Source: Chloroflexota bacterium
GTDB lineage: Bacteria; Chloroflexota; UBA11872; VXOZ01
Length of the DNA: 64,000 bases
Direction: 5' to 3'
NCBI GenBank assembly: GCA_964291655.2
Contig: OZ219801.1
Location: 544,001 to 608,000, forward strand
Shown: in pieces, positions 10,599 through 21,133 of the stretch
How positions within the stretch are numbered: the first letter of the stretch is position 1
How the letters are laid out: each line of letters begins with the position of its first letter
Translations under genes and position numbers: made by a program
The notes under the pieces: generated by a model
Told to the model about the DNA's origin: nothing
The model's input: the letters and a program-made list of their open reading frames with translations, nothing else
Databases searched by the model: none

Positions 10599-11639
10599 GT
10601 GCGGCGTGTTGAATTGTCCGGCACTCCTTACGAGATGGGTCTGCAGCATGGCACTGCCTGCGCTGAGGCCATCAATACCGCGATTGAGCGAGTAGTCTTT
10701 GGGTCAAGTGTCGCTGCTGCTCACCGTGCACGTGTCGTCCAACAGATGGAGCGCAACGTCGATCGGATCTTCCCTGAGGCGCTCGAAGAGATACAAGGCA
10801 TCGCTGACGGCGCGAGTCTCAAGAGCGAAGACATCCTGGCGTACACGTCGTGTATGGAAGTCGGTCGCAGCGCGGTGGGCTGCACCAACGTTGCCCTGCA
10901 CACAACAGATCACGGCGTCGTGCACTACAAGTCGAATGACGTGGGCAAGGAGTCTCTTGGGTCGTATATCTTCTGGGATATCCGGCCTGATAAAGGCCAT
11001 CCCCTCATATGCGTTTCAGGGCCGGGTGCGCCGTGGATGGGACCGGGCCCCAACGATACCGGCCTTACTTTTGGCGGCAGCAGCATTATGAACACCGACC
11101 AGGACTGGGAACGCGGCATCCCCACCAATCTCCTGCAGCGCTACCTCTTGCAGTACTGCGCGGACGTAGACGAGGGCATTGCGCTCTGTGAGAGTACGCC
11201 GGTGATGAACCACGGCATGAATGTCATGCTGACAGATCCGGCAGAGAACGCGGTAGTGGTGGAACGGTCTGCCACGCGCATGGCCGTACGCCGCATGGAA
11301 GACGACGCTATCTGGTGCGCAAACCACTACGTAACACCGGAAATGCTGCCAGTGGACAACCGGTCAAACGCCGACTTTCGCGCGAACAGTGAGGGCCGCA
11401 CAGCCCTGCTAGCGGCGCTCACCGCTGAAGAGGAACCCCACACCCTTGAGCAAGTGACACGTATCGCGCGCGCTCACGCCGATCCGGTCTCACTCTGCCA
11501 ACACGGGCCGATGCACAGCGTCTTCGGCCTCATCATGGTCTCTCGCGACCGCACGCTGCTCGTAAGCGACGGTTACCCCTGCCAGAATGAACTAGAGATG
11601 CTGAAATTCGACGCCCAAGCGACCGCAATCGCGAATTGA
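10599..11639 (+). CDS. Peptidase C45 / acyl-CoA:6-APA acyltransferase-like Ntn-hydrolase
   Basis: LSGTPYEMGLQHG, EEIQGIADGA, autoproteolytic G|CT site, ANHY, SEGR. Confidence 0.85.
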   Translation: MRRVELSGTPYEMGLQHGTACAEAINTAIERVVFGSSVAAAHRARVVQQMERNVDRIFPEALEEIQGIADGASLKSEDILAYTSCMEVGRSAVGCTNVALHTTDHGVVHYKSNDVGKESLGSYIFWDIRPDKGHPLICVSGPGAPWMGPGPNDTGLTFGGSSIMNTDQDWERGIPTNLLQRYLLQYCADVDEGIALCESTPVMNHGMNVMLTDPAENAVVVERSATRMAVRRMEDDAIWCANHYVTPEMLPVDNRSNADFRANSEGRTALLAALTAEEEPHTLEQVTRIARAHADPVSLCQHGPMHSVFGLIMVSRDRTLLVSDGYPCQNELEMLKFDAQATAIAN

Positions 11640-11649
11640 GGAAGCACTC

Positions 11650-13485
11650 ATGAATCAGCCGATCTTGCTCCTGCATGCCGACCATGCGCTCACCACGCCG
11701 GTAAGTGCAGAGATCCTCCGTTGCGAGGGTTTTCCCTGGCTAGAGGCGAAATCTGCGGCATCTTTCGTAGATGCGCCGCCGGATGTCGAACTCATTGTTG
11801 TCGCAGGCAGCGGCATGGGTAACGAGACCGCGGAGCGCCTCGCTGCCGCAGTAGCAGGTGGCACATCTCTCATTGCCCTGGCTCCCGATCCCGCCCTGCT
11901 GACCGCCCTTGGCGTCACGGCAGGAGAGCAAGTAACGGATGCGTGGCTCACGGTACGGCAACTCCCCCAATGGGAACACGGGAGCCTGCCTCTGCTCTGC
12001 CCGGATGCCATTTCACGGACTTTGAGCGGCGGCGAGACCGTTGCTGAGTTGCGGGATGCCGAAGGCAGCCTGCTCGGCGCGGGCATCGTGGAAGTAAGGC
12101 TAGGTGAAGGCAAGGCGTGGCTCTACGGCTATGACCTCTGCCAGGCCGTCGTCACCTTTCGGCACGGTGACGGAGACCTGCACGAGCGACCGCTGCAAGA
12201 CATGGGACCGCTAAAGGGTCCGCGCCATCTCTACAGCTTCTTCGAGCTTTCCGAGAAAACTACCCGCGATATCCCCGTGGCGGACGTCCATCAAGACATC
12301 CTGCGCACTCTAGTGGCGGAAGCACTGTCCAACACGCCATTGCCTCGACTCTGGTACTTCCCCGAAGCGGCTCCGGCCTTGTGGTTCATCAAGGGCGACG
12401 GCTGCGGCGAAAACGGCGCGCCCGTGTTAGTAGACATTGTGGAGTCGTATGGCGCGTTGCTCACCTTCTACCGGGCGCCCTTCAGCCGCTATGAGGGCGA
12501 CCTGATGAAAGAATGGCACGCGCGCGGGCATGCCGTTTCCATAGAAGTGGACCTTACGAGCATCACGCAATACACCGTGCAGGAAAACGGCACGCAGGCG
12601 CGTTACGGCCGCACGCCGGAAGACCTGAATGAAAACTACCTGCCCGCGCTCCGCGCGAATCTGCAGGAATCATGGGATGTTTTCCGCCGGGAGACCGGTC
12701 TCGACGTGGAAACAATTTGCAGCCACGGCTGTCAGTGGACCGGCCACCCGCTGTTGCAGATAATGCTGGACTTTGGCTGGTATACGCCCACACACTTTGC
12801 CTCCCACGATCCCCGCATGCGGCGGGACGAAAACTACGGCCCCTACATGATCGGCACCGGTTTGTGCATGCCGTACTTCCAGCACGGCGTGGGCATTACC
12901 GATATGTGGCACATGCCCGCGCAATGGGACGAAAGCCAGACCATTGGGCGGCACGAGGACCTGTTGGCCGGCCCCATGGCAGCAACACCCGATCGGGTCG
13001 AAGGCATGGTGGGTCTCACCTCAGAAGAGTATGGCGTGGAGCTCGCGCGCTTTGCCGAATCCGCGGCCACGCGCTGGCACGTGATGCAGATCGCAAACTT
13101 CCATCCCGTCTACGCCGCGGGGCCCCAGGACCACGTAAGAGCGTCGCGCCATGCGCTGGAGTTGGGCATGGAAGGCGCGATTGCGGCCGGCTGCCGCTTT
13201 GAAAACCAAGAGAACTACTCCAGCTTTTCGCGGGCGCGTGCAGGCGTACGCATGACTGAGTCATATTCCCAGGGCGATACCCACTTCATCACGCTCGAAT
13301 CCGGCGCGGACATTTCAGGACTGTCACTCATGCTGCCTGACAACGTTGCCTCTGTGCAGGACAAGAGCACCGGCGCGGCCTTGCCCATCCAGCAGGCAAC
13401 TCTGGAGAGTCGTCGCCAACGTGCAGTGAACATCAGTCTATCGGCGGCAACACCGAAGACTTTGTGCCTCCAACCGAGGTCTTAG
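11650..13485 (+). CDS. Hypothetical protein, possibly with a carbohydrate esterase / polysaccharide deacetylase-like C-terminal domain
   Basis: Long ORF with good codon bias; PLPRLWYFP, KGDG, RGHAV, SHGCQW and NFHP motifs. Confidence 0.55.
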   Translation: MNQPILLLHADHALTTPVSAEILRCEGFPWLEAKSAASFVDAPPDVELIVVAGSGMGNETAERLAAAVAGGTSLIALAPDPALLTALGVTAGEQVTDAWLTVRQLPQWEHGSLPLLCPDAISRTLSGGETVAELRDAEGSLLGAGIVEVRLGEGKAWLYGYDLCQAVVTFRHGDGDLHERPLQDMGPLKGPRHLYSFFELSEKTTRDIPVADVHQDILRTLVAEALSNTPLPRLWYFPEAAPALWFIKGDGCGENGAPVLVDIVESYGALLTFYRAPFSRYEGDLMKEWHARGHAVSIEVDLTSITQYTVQENGTQARYGRTPEDLNENYLPALRANLQESWDVFRRETGLDVETICSHGCQWTGHPLLQIMLDFGWYTPTHFASHDPRMRRDENYGPYMIGTGLCMPYFQHGVGITDMWHMPAQWDESQTIGRHEDLLAGPMAATPDRVEGMVGLTSEEYGVELARFAESAATRWHVMQIANFHPVYAAGPQDHVRASRHALELGMEGAIAAGCRFENQENYSSFSRARAGVRMTESYSQGDTHFITLESGADISGLSLMLPDNVASVQDKSTGAALPIQQATLESRRQRAVNISLSAATPKTLCLQPRS

Positions 13486-13819
13486 CGATCTGCGCCCAAA
13501 GAAGCGGCTATACCGGCAAAGAAACTCGCCGTGCATGCCGTCCTCTCTCCTCTTGAACTGCATGGAACGAATTCTTGTCCTTCAGGTCCGCTAAGACTGA
13601 GCCGATGTGCAGTCGACGTGTAAGAAGCGTTCGGATTAAACGGCGGTTCCAGCTCAACCCAGTGCCAATTCTTGCTGCATGTTACCGCTGGGAACGCAGA
13701 GCCAACCTGCCAAACTGCGACTCTCACACCTGGCAACTGTCTGAGGCTTGAACGCGACGTGGCACCTTGCCAGTTGGGAAACATGCGTCTGTGCCCATTT
13801 GCGTTTGCAAAATGGCGGT

Positions 13820-16735
13820 TCACGTCATCTGCCGCTGCACCAGGTCGCGGAATGGCCCTTCGGTCTGGTAGAGCGCAATGAAGCTGCCTTCCTGGACGAC
13901 GCGTCCCTGGTGGAGTACATAAATGCGCTGGGCTTTGCGGATGGTGGAGAGCCGGTGGGCGATTACGATGCGGGTAGCGGCAAGGCTCTCGATGCCCTCC
14001 ATAACCTGGGCCTGGCTATTCGCGTCGAGCCAACTGGTGGCTTCATCGAGGAACACGATGCGTGGGTTGCGTACGAGCGCCGCCGCGATCCTGATGCGTT
14101 GCACCTGCCCGCCGGAGAATGTCGAAGAACTGTCGCCCACGGCGGTAAACATCTGCATTGGCATTTCGGCGATGTCACAGTCCACGGCGGCGAGCTTGGC
14201 TGCCCGCCAGGCATCATCTAACGTCAAGTCATCGCCAATGCCGATGATGTTGTCGAGCAAATTACCGGGCTTGAGGGAGCCGTCCTGCGTCACGACGCCG
14301 ATCTGGCGCCCAACCGACCTGCGATCGAGATTCGTTAGGTCGCGGCCGTCGAAGTAGATGCCTCCGGCAGAAGGTTCTTCAAGACCCAAAGCAAGCCGCA
14401 ACAAGGTGCTCTTGCCCGCGCCGGACTCGCCGACGATCGCGATGAATTCGCCGGGACGGGCGCGAATTGAAACATCATCGATGATTTTAGGCCCATCCTT
14501 AGTGTACTGAAAACTCACGTGGTCGAAGCGAATGTCACCACTGAGTACCGCCGGGGCGGCCGGCGCCGGGCGGCTATCCGGGACCGCGGCGAGAATCGGC
14601 TTAATCTGTTCGTATACCGGCACCACTGCGGCAATGGCTTCAAGCGAGTAACCCAGCCCGATGATTGACGCATAGAGCGTAATGGAAACCGCATAGACGA
14701 CGAGGAAGCTCCCTAAGGCCAGTTGGTCGGGCCCCCTCCAAAGTGCGGCCCCGAAGAGGGCTGCGCCTGTGAAGGCCGGCATAGCGGCGCTGAACGCAAC
14801 CAGGTGTTCGTTCAGCTTGCTGATTTGCAACTGGGCGAGTTGCTGCTCTCGGTAGCCGCGCGCCCACGAGGCGAAAGCCGACGATTCCGCGCCTGCAGAA
14901 CGCAATTTGCTGATGCCATTGATGAACTGGAAGAGCTCCCCGGCGAGATGCCGCGATGCGGCGTAGAAGCGGCGCTGGGGCTGAATCTGCAACAAGCCTA
15001 TAGCACAGATTGCGGTTAAGGAGACGAGCCCGATCCCGAGACTCAGCCAGGCCAGGGCGGCGTCGTAGAGAAAAAGCAGGGCAAGCATCGGCAGCAGAAA
15101 CAAGAACGAAGTAAGGGCATGAGCAACAACCCCCGAGACCTGATCCCGCAGCACTTGAACCGCCGACATCCGCACCGCAAGCTCTCCAGCAGTAGAATCT
15201 CTGAAGAAGCTTGTCGGCAGTCCAATCAAGCGGTCCCAAAGTGCTGCACCCAGGCGTGCCGTGGCCCGGCCTTCCAGACGCATCATTGCGGTACCGCGCA
15301 GGACTTGAAGTAGAGTGCCCACAATGGCAAGAGCAGTCAATGCGATGACTACCTGAGCTAGCATGCTGTCTACGGCTGCCGGAAGAATCCAATCCGCCAG
15401 TAACCCAAACGCTAGCGCGGGAGCAAGCACCAGAAGGCTGGCGAGAATGCCCGCAATCGCAAACTGCGCAAGATCACTGGCAATGCCCTTTGTGGCAAGG
15501 CTAATGATGTCCTTTGAGTCCGCCGGTCTGTCATGCGGCAGAGGCCGGTAGAATAGCCATGCGTCCTCTTGAATAGCGTTTGCCCGCCTTGCGTTTAGGC
15601 GGTCCGACCGCCCCGCAACCGGGTCTACCTCGCGGTAGCGGCCGTGCATGCGAGGCAGCAGGGCTACCGGGCGGCCGTCTTCTTGCCGGTATCCCAGCAT
15701 GGCGCCGCTGTCTCCTACCCACCAGCGGTCTTCGACAGATAGATGCACCTTGCGGCTGCGCACACCTGATGTTTGCAGTATTTCTTGCAGGGTTAGTTCT
15801 TCATCGACCGTGACCCGTCGTCGCGCCGGAAGGCGAAATTCAATTCCTTCGTGCTTGCCGATCACTTCAAGCACCGCCAACAGACCGGAATCACCAGTGG
15901 CGGTCTTCGGTGCGGAGGATCCGAGCACGCTGAAGAGATTGTGTCTGGCGCGTTCCTCGTCCCGACGACGGTAGGTGGAACGGGCCGTCTGTTCGTTTGC
16001 CTCGTCAGCTACCAGGAGAAGGCGATTGATTTGCTCCGCGCCTAGGGCGAGCTTGTGGAATTCCGCGAGGGAAGGCAACAGTGCGCCTTCATCGAACATC
16101 GCCCGTGAGGTCAAACCGGTAATTCGATTCGTGCTCTGCAATGTTATCCACGTCTCTGCAGTGAGCGGGACGAAGCCGGTGCCTTCCGGATCTCGCTCTT
16201 CGGTGCCTAAGAATGCTGCATCGACGCTGCCGACGTCGACCCACACTACCCCGCCCGGCCGGGCGGATAGAACGCTGCCGACCGCGGCGTCCAGCGAGTC
16301 TTCCGGACTCTTGGGGTCAAACAGCACATCGGGACGGGGACGCGGCTCAATGACTTTTGCCACGGCGGCTGCGAACTCCGTGAGCCAAGCATCGACCTGC
16401 CCGGACATTTGCTCTGCAATATCATATTTCAGCAATTCACTCAGAACGACGCGACGCAGCCGGCAATCCGGCATGCCCTTGGCGACTGGAACCAATGCTC
16501 CACTCTCTCCAACTCCAAACACAAGACGGCCGTCACCGGCGCGCAGCAGGTGTTTAGCGTGAGATGACTGCTCTTGTCCTTGGTACTCGACAAGAAATAC
16601 ATCGAGCACGCCGCTCTCGACGAACCAGGCGATCTTGGGATCATCCAAGCGGATGGGGCGATTACCGGCGACGGACACTGACTCACCGAGCTCAATTGCG
16701 AGCTCGCCGAGCCGTTGGACTCGTCTCGATGTCAT
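13820..16735 (-). CDS. NHLP-type bacteriocin/RiPP export ABC transporter (second ATPase/permease subunit)
   Basis: N-terminal cNMP-like domain, WWVGDSGAMLG, FYRPLP, TM domain, GESGAGKST, FSGGQVQR, FLDEATS. Confidence 0.9.
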   Translation of the reverse strand: MTSRRVQRLGELAIELGESVSVAGNRPIRLDDPKIAWFVESGVLDVFLVEYQGQEQSSHAKHLLRAGDGRLVFGVGESGALVPVAKGMPDCRLRRVVLSELLKYDIAEQMSGQVDAWLTEFAAAVAKVIEPRPRPDVLFDPKSPEDSLDAAVGSVLSARPGGVVWVDVGSVDAAFLGTEERDPEGTGFVPLTAETWITLQSTNRITGLTSRAMFDEGALLPSLAEFHKLALGAEQINRLLLVADEANEQTARSTYRRRDEERARHNLFSVLGSSAPKTATGDSGLLAVLEVIGKHEGIEFRLPARRRVTVDEELTLQEILQTSGVRSRKVHLSVEDRWWVGDSGAMLGYRQEDGRPVALLPRMHGRYREVDPVAGRSDRLNARRANAIQEDAWLFYRPLPHDRPADSKDIISLATKGIASDLAQFAIAGILASLLVLAPALAFGLLADWILPAAVDSMLAQVVIALTALAIVGTLLQVLRGTAMMRLEGRATARLGAALWDRLIGLPTSFFRDSTAGELAVRMSAVQVLRDQVSGVVAHALTSFLFLLPMLALLFLYDAALAWLSLGIGLVSLTAICAIGLLQIQPQRRFYAASRHLAGELFQFINGISKLRSAGAESSAFASWARGYREQQLAQLQISKLNEHLVAFSAAMPAFTGAALFGAALWRGPDQLALGSFLVVYAVSITLYASIIGLGYSLEAIAAVVPVYEQIKPILAAVPDSRPAPAAPAVLSGDIRFDHVSFQYTKDGPKIIDDVSIRARPGEFIAIVGESGAGKSTLLRLALGLEEPSAGGIYFDGRDLTNLDRRSVGRQIGVVTQDGSLKPGNLLDNIIGIGDDLTLDDAWRAAKLAAVDCDIAEMPMQMFTAVGDSSSTFSGGQVQRIRIAAALVRNPRIVFLDEATSWLDANSQAQVMEGIESLAATRIVIAHRLSTIRKAQRIYVLHQGRVVQEGSFIALYQTEGPFRDLVQRQMT

Positions 16736-16766
16736 GAGTTGCTCTTCTGATGCAAGGCATACACGG

Positions 16767-18979
16767 CTATTGCGCCTGAATTAGCTTGTAGTACAAGCCT
16801 GTCTTGGCGGCGATGAGTTCCTCGTGGGTACCCCGCTGAATCTCCTGACCGCGATCGAGCACAATTATCTGATCGCAATCGCGGATAGTGCTCAGACGGT
16901 GGGCAACGATCAAGCTGGTACATCCACGCCGCCGCAGATTGTGATCGATGCGCATCTCACTCACTGCATCGAGCGTACTGGTAGCTTCATCCAGAAACAG
17001 CACTGAAGGGTTGTCCACTAGGGCACGAGCGATCTCCATGCGTTGGCGTTGACCGCCGCTGAAATTCGTGCCCCCTTCTTCCACATTAGAGTCATAGCCG
17101 GACTGGCGGCTCATAATCTCGCTGTGAATTAAAGCGTCCTGAGCAGCGGCGACCACCTGTTCGTCAGGCGCAGTTGGGTTCCACATCGTAAGATTGTCAC
17201 GCACTGACGCAGCAAACAGGAATGTCTGCTGATCGACGATTGAGACCGAACGAGTGAGTATCTCGCGGGATATTTGGTTGCGCGGCACCCCATCAAAGCG
17301 TATTTCACCCGACCACGGTGTATATTCGCCGCTAACCAGCTTGAGCAGCGTCGATTTGCCGGAACCGGTGGGGCCGACCAATGCTACCCGCTGGCCGGGT
17401 GCAATAGTTAGGTTAATGTTCTCTATGAGCGGCGGACGATTGGGACGATAGCCAAATGTGACATTGCGCAACTCGATGCTCCCTGCTAAACGCAAGCGCC
17501 CTCCCAGGGTGGAGACTCTGCCGCGCTCAGAATTGGTTGACACTGCAAGCGCAGGGTCTTCAGGCGTGTCTAGAACGTCGTTGATGCGCCGCAGATCTGC
17601 CTCCAAAATCTGAAAGGCGTCCGTAAACTGAACGAACCGGCTTATGGGCTGAAGGAAACTGCCTGAAACCACATAGAATCCCATTAGCATGCCAATTGTC
17701 ATTTCGCCTGACATGACTTGCCAACCGCCGACGCCCAAGACTGTTACGCCGCTCAGGACTATGAAGAACCTTGGGAGCGATGCAATTATTGAGCCGAGTT
17801 CTGCGAATTCTGCCGAGCAACGAGCTCCCGGGCTTGATATCCCGTCCAGCGAGCGAAGAAATCATCCTCCGAAGCTGTTGCGCGCAGCGTCTCTATGTCT
17901 CGTACAACCGACGATCCGGTACCAAAGAGTAATGCCTGTTCGCGCCGCAACTGGCGATTCTCGTCGGTGCGCAGACGGCTGAGTATGCGCATGACAACAA
18001 GGTTCGCAATTCCCAAGCCAGCAATGAGCGCGGCCAGCAACGGATTGAAGATAACCATCAACACCAAGAACAGGCCACTCATGACGAGCTCAATCATGAT
18101 GCCGACGAACTGCCGCGACGAGCCGCTGGCAACATCATTGATCAACTGAACGCGGGATGTTAGGTCTCCGGCATAGCGGTGCGCAAAAAAACCTACGGGT
18201 AGACGGAAGAGACGCGACAGCATGCGCTCCGCATGAACTACCGATAATCGAATAGAGAGTCTGCGCAACGAGTGTTGCTGGAGCCAAGTGAGGAGGTATA
18301 CAAGCACACCGGTCGCAACGGCGGCGGCTACAAGGTACACACCCCAATTTCTCTCCGATCCACGCAGGACATAGTCGACAAATATGCTCAAGAGGATGGG
18401 GAGAGAGAGACCGGGCAACGCAAGCAGGATCCCGCACGCGGCGACAAACGCGAGCGGAGACCTAACGTCACGTAACCAGTGCCAAAGCTCGCGCACGACG
18501 CCGGGCGGAGACCCCCCCGTGCGAAAGTTTGGTCCCGGCTTCGCCGTGAGCACCACGCCGGTGAAAGATCGGTCGAGTGTCTCTTCACTCACGGTGCGAC
18601 GGCCATTGGCCGGGTCATTGAGGTAGAAACGTCCTCTGGCTATCCTTTCAAGAACCAAGAAGTGATTGAAATCCCAGAAGAGAATTGCAGGCAACGCTAT
18701 GTCTTGCAATTCGCTGACCTGTTTGCGCCAGCCTGAGACTTCTAAATCGAACTTCCTGGCGGCTCTCACGATGTCCGCGGCGCTCGTGCCGTCTCGGCTC
18801 ACTCCACATGCGTCGCGCAGTTCTTCGATGGGTACCCAGCGGCCGAAGTGAGCAAGCAAAATGCCCAAACAGGCAGCACCGCACTCGGATGTCTCAAGCT
18901 GTGGGAACAGTGGCGTGTGTACGCGTTTTCTCGCAGTTGTCTTCGCTTGGCTTGCAGGCATCTTCCCCAGCCGCCTCAA
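16767..18979 (-). CDS. NHLP-type peptidase-containing ABC transporter (C39 + permease + ATPase), split by a 1-nt frameshift at ~17808
   Basis: The 5' ORF has QLETSECGAACL, CGVSRDG, HFLVL and LNDPA (intact C39 triad). The 3' ORF has GPTGSGKST, FSGGQRQR and LDEATS. Adding one base at 17808-17809 joins the two frames. Confidence 0.88.
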
Positions 18980-19869
18980 TTGGTACCGAGCGAGATTAGG
19001 AGGCGTGCCGGTGAAACCTCACGCAGGATTATCCGCATCTCGCACGGATATCCATCCGCCATGGGAGAGGAAATCCTCTCGTTCAGGGTCAAGCTAACCA
19101 TGTGGCCGCGTGCCAGGGCGGGAAGTCCGAGAGCTGCGAGCCAATGGGGAGGTGTGACCGCTTGCGCCGAAACGTAGCTCACCTCAGCTTCCAACGCATC
19201 CGCACCTTCCTGGTATTGGGCCAAAGCCAGGACCTGCGCTTCCATGCCGACCGCAAGACGCCTCGCATTCTCCGGCAACACCATTGCGATCGCCTCAAGC
19301 TCATTCCCGGCATCAACTCGGACACTTGCCACTGTGGCGCCAGCCGCTACCGCCTGACCGAGTGACAAGCTGACGGCCGCAATGACACCGGCGAAGGGTG
19401 TTGCAAGGAACTGACCGGCCGCCTCGAGTGCTTCCAGCTCGATCAACTCCGCACGGGCCGCATCGAGGGCATCGGGAGGCTTTTCGTCTGCACTCTCCAG
19501 AATCTCAACCCGGGAGCGGGCAATTGAGATCTCGCGCCCGAGCTCGGGAATTCGGAGCCGGGCAATTGGCTGCCCTGCTTCCACTTTGTCGCCAACGCCT
19601 ACGAGGAGTTCGACGACAATGCCGGAAGATTCTGCGTTCACGACAAAGCGGTCGCCGGCTTGCGCGAGCATGCATCGTGCCGAGACACTCTCTTCAATGC
19701 TGCCGAAGAGGCCCCAAGCTACAAACCCCAGCATGGCAATACCCAGGCAGACCAACAAGATCCATTCGTGGGGCGCCGTAACACGCAATAGGCCGTTGAG
19801 GGGCTCTGTTTTCCCTCTGCGCGCAAAGGCTTCCTCGCGAAAGAGACGCTGCTTGTTCGTCAACGTCAC
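18976..19869 (-). CDS. NHLP-system secretion protein (HlyD-like membrane fusion protein)
   Basis: LFREEA...PLNGLLRVTAP, single TM, WGLFGSI, lipoyl-like VGVGDKVEAGQPIA. Confidence 0.85.
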   Translation of the reverse strand: MTLTNKQRLFREEAFARRGKTEPLNGLLRVTAPHEWILLVCLGIAMLGFVAWGLFGSIEESVSARCMLAQAGDRFVVNAESSGIVVELLVGVGDKVEAGQPIARLRIPELGREISIARSRVEILESADEKPPDALDAARAELIELEALEAAGQFLATPFAGVIAAVSLSLGQAVAAGATVASVRVDAGNELEAIAMVLPENARRLAVGMEAQVLALAQYQEGADALEAEVSYVSAQAVTPPHWLAALGLPALARGHMVSLTLNERISSPMADGYPCEMRIILREVSPARLLISLGTN

Positions 19870-20322
19870 TGCTCCAAGCTTTCCAGATAGGGCTATTCCC
19901 GGTTGAAGGTTATTCTATCGCAATGCCAGAGCTAATTGAAATGACGAGAACACGGTACCTGTGTATCCCCGGCGCGCCTTGCAGGCTCGAGCCCAACCTC
20001 AGATTCTCAGGTGAGGAAGAGGCCAACGTTTAGCCCGCTGCAATTGCCTGAGAAGATGCAAAAGCAGCGGGCTTTAGAACGAAACGGGTAATGGTCGCTG
20101 AACATGCAATAAGCCGGTTTGCCCTGATACAGCTGGTGCCAAGTAGCGCCCCACGCGCTGTTGTGAATTAGCCGCTGCGACTACTCTTGACCAGCACCTC
20201 TATGCTGGAAGCGTCACGGTCTTCGCCCCACGGATGCCCTGCCCCCAACTGGCCGGCGGCACGAAGCCGAAGCACTGGCATTCCCACTTAAGACGAACCA
20301 AGCAATGGCCCGACACCTGAAC

Positions 20323-20366
20323 AAAAAACAGGTACGATGGACCATTCACAGAGCCCATCGTACCTG
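20323..20366 (-). terminator. Rho-independent terminator after the precursor gene
   Basis: Perfect 12-bp stem CAGGTACGATGG/CCATCGTACCTG followed on the minus strand by TTTTTT. Confidence 0.8.
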
Positions 20367-20389
20367 ACATGCACTAGCTAAAGAAGAGT

Positions 20390-20584
20390 CTACGAGTTTG
20401 GATCGTTCCACCAACCGTTACCGGACTTGTCGTCGGTATCCTGCGGACCCTGGTCATCGCCGGCCCCGACTCCGCCTACGGCATCGTCCATCTCGTCCTC
20501 GGTCAATTCGCCACTGGAAGGTTCCACTTGTTCCGCTTCGGCAGCCGTGGTTTCCTCAGTGGAAGCAGACTTCTCTTTACTCAT
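20390..20584 (-). CDS. Double-glycine leader peptide precursor (RiPP/bacteriocin-like)
   Basis: ELTEDEMDDAVGG leader motif, RBS GGAGG, own terminator, located upstream of the C39 exporter operon. Confidence 0.85.
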   Translation of the reverse strand: MSKEKSASTEETTAAEAEQVEPSSGELTEDEMDDAVGGVGAGDDQGPQDTDDKSGNGWWNDPNS

Positions 20585-20837
20585 TTTGGGTTCCTCCGCA
20601 CAAACGCTTTACAAAGTCCTCAGCACCCTAACCGACTGTTACTGATGTCCCATGTTGCGCCAAAGCGCCTCAGGGCAAATTCTCGCCAATGCAACACCAC
20701 ATCACCACAAAGTCTCACAAGCATCCAAATCAAAGGCGGCTGCTCAAGAGAATCGTTGGTAGAGTAACCTCCTTTGGCATCTCTAAATGTCTCCCGGTGT
20801 TGACGTTAGGGACGATCATCTTCGATCGCAACCGTAT

Positions 20838-20864
20838 GTTATAGCACACTTAGCTACTCGTCAA
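20838..20864 (-). promoter_or_regulatory. Possible sigma70-type promoter for the precursor (TTGACG-15-TATAAC, extended -10 TGn)
   Basis: Consensus-like hexamers, but the spacing is short. About 250 nt upstream of the precursor start. Confidence 0.35.
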
Positions 20865-21133
20865 GCCTGTTACACAGTCTACCCGTGATTGTCATGTACC
20901 TCTGTACTCGTCTAGGAGGTGGTAAAGCACCTGGCTTTTTGGCAATTGTCCTGTAAAAAGAGAGTTGGGTGCGATGGCTTTGGGATGAAGCAGTAACTCT
21001 ACGAGGGAGACTAGTTGGAAAACTATGAATGCGCGCATTGCTCTATACACTAGCTTCGCTCAAGCTGACGGCCACCTTGAGCGTGTGAACTACACCCGTG
21101 CTCTGTTGACATCTTGCTGCTGATCTCGCAGAC

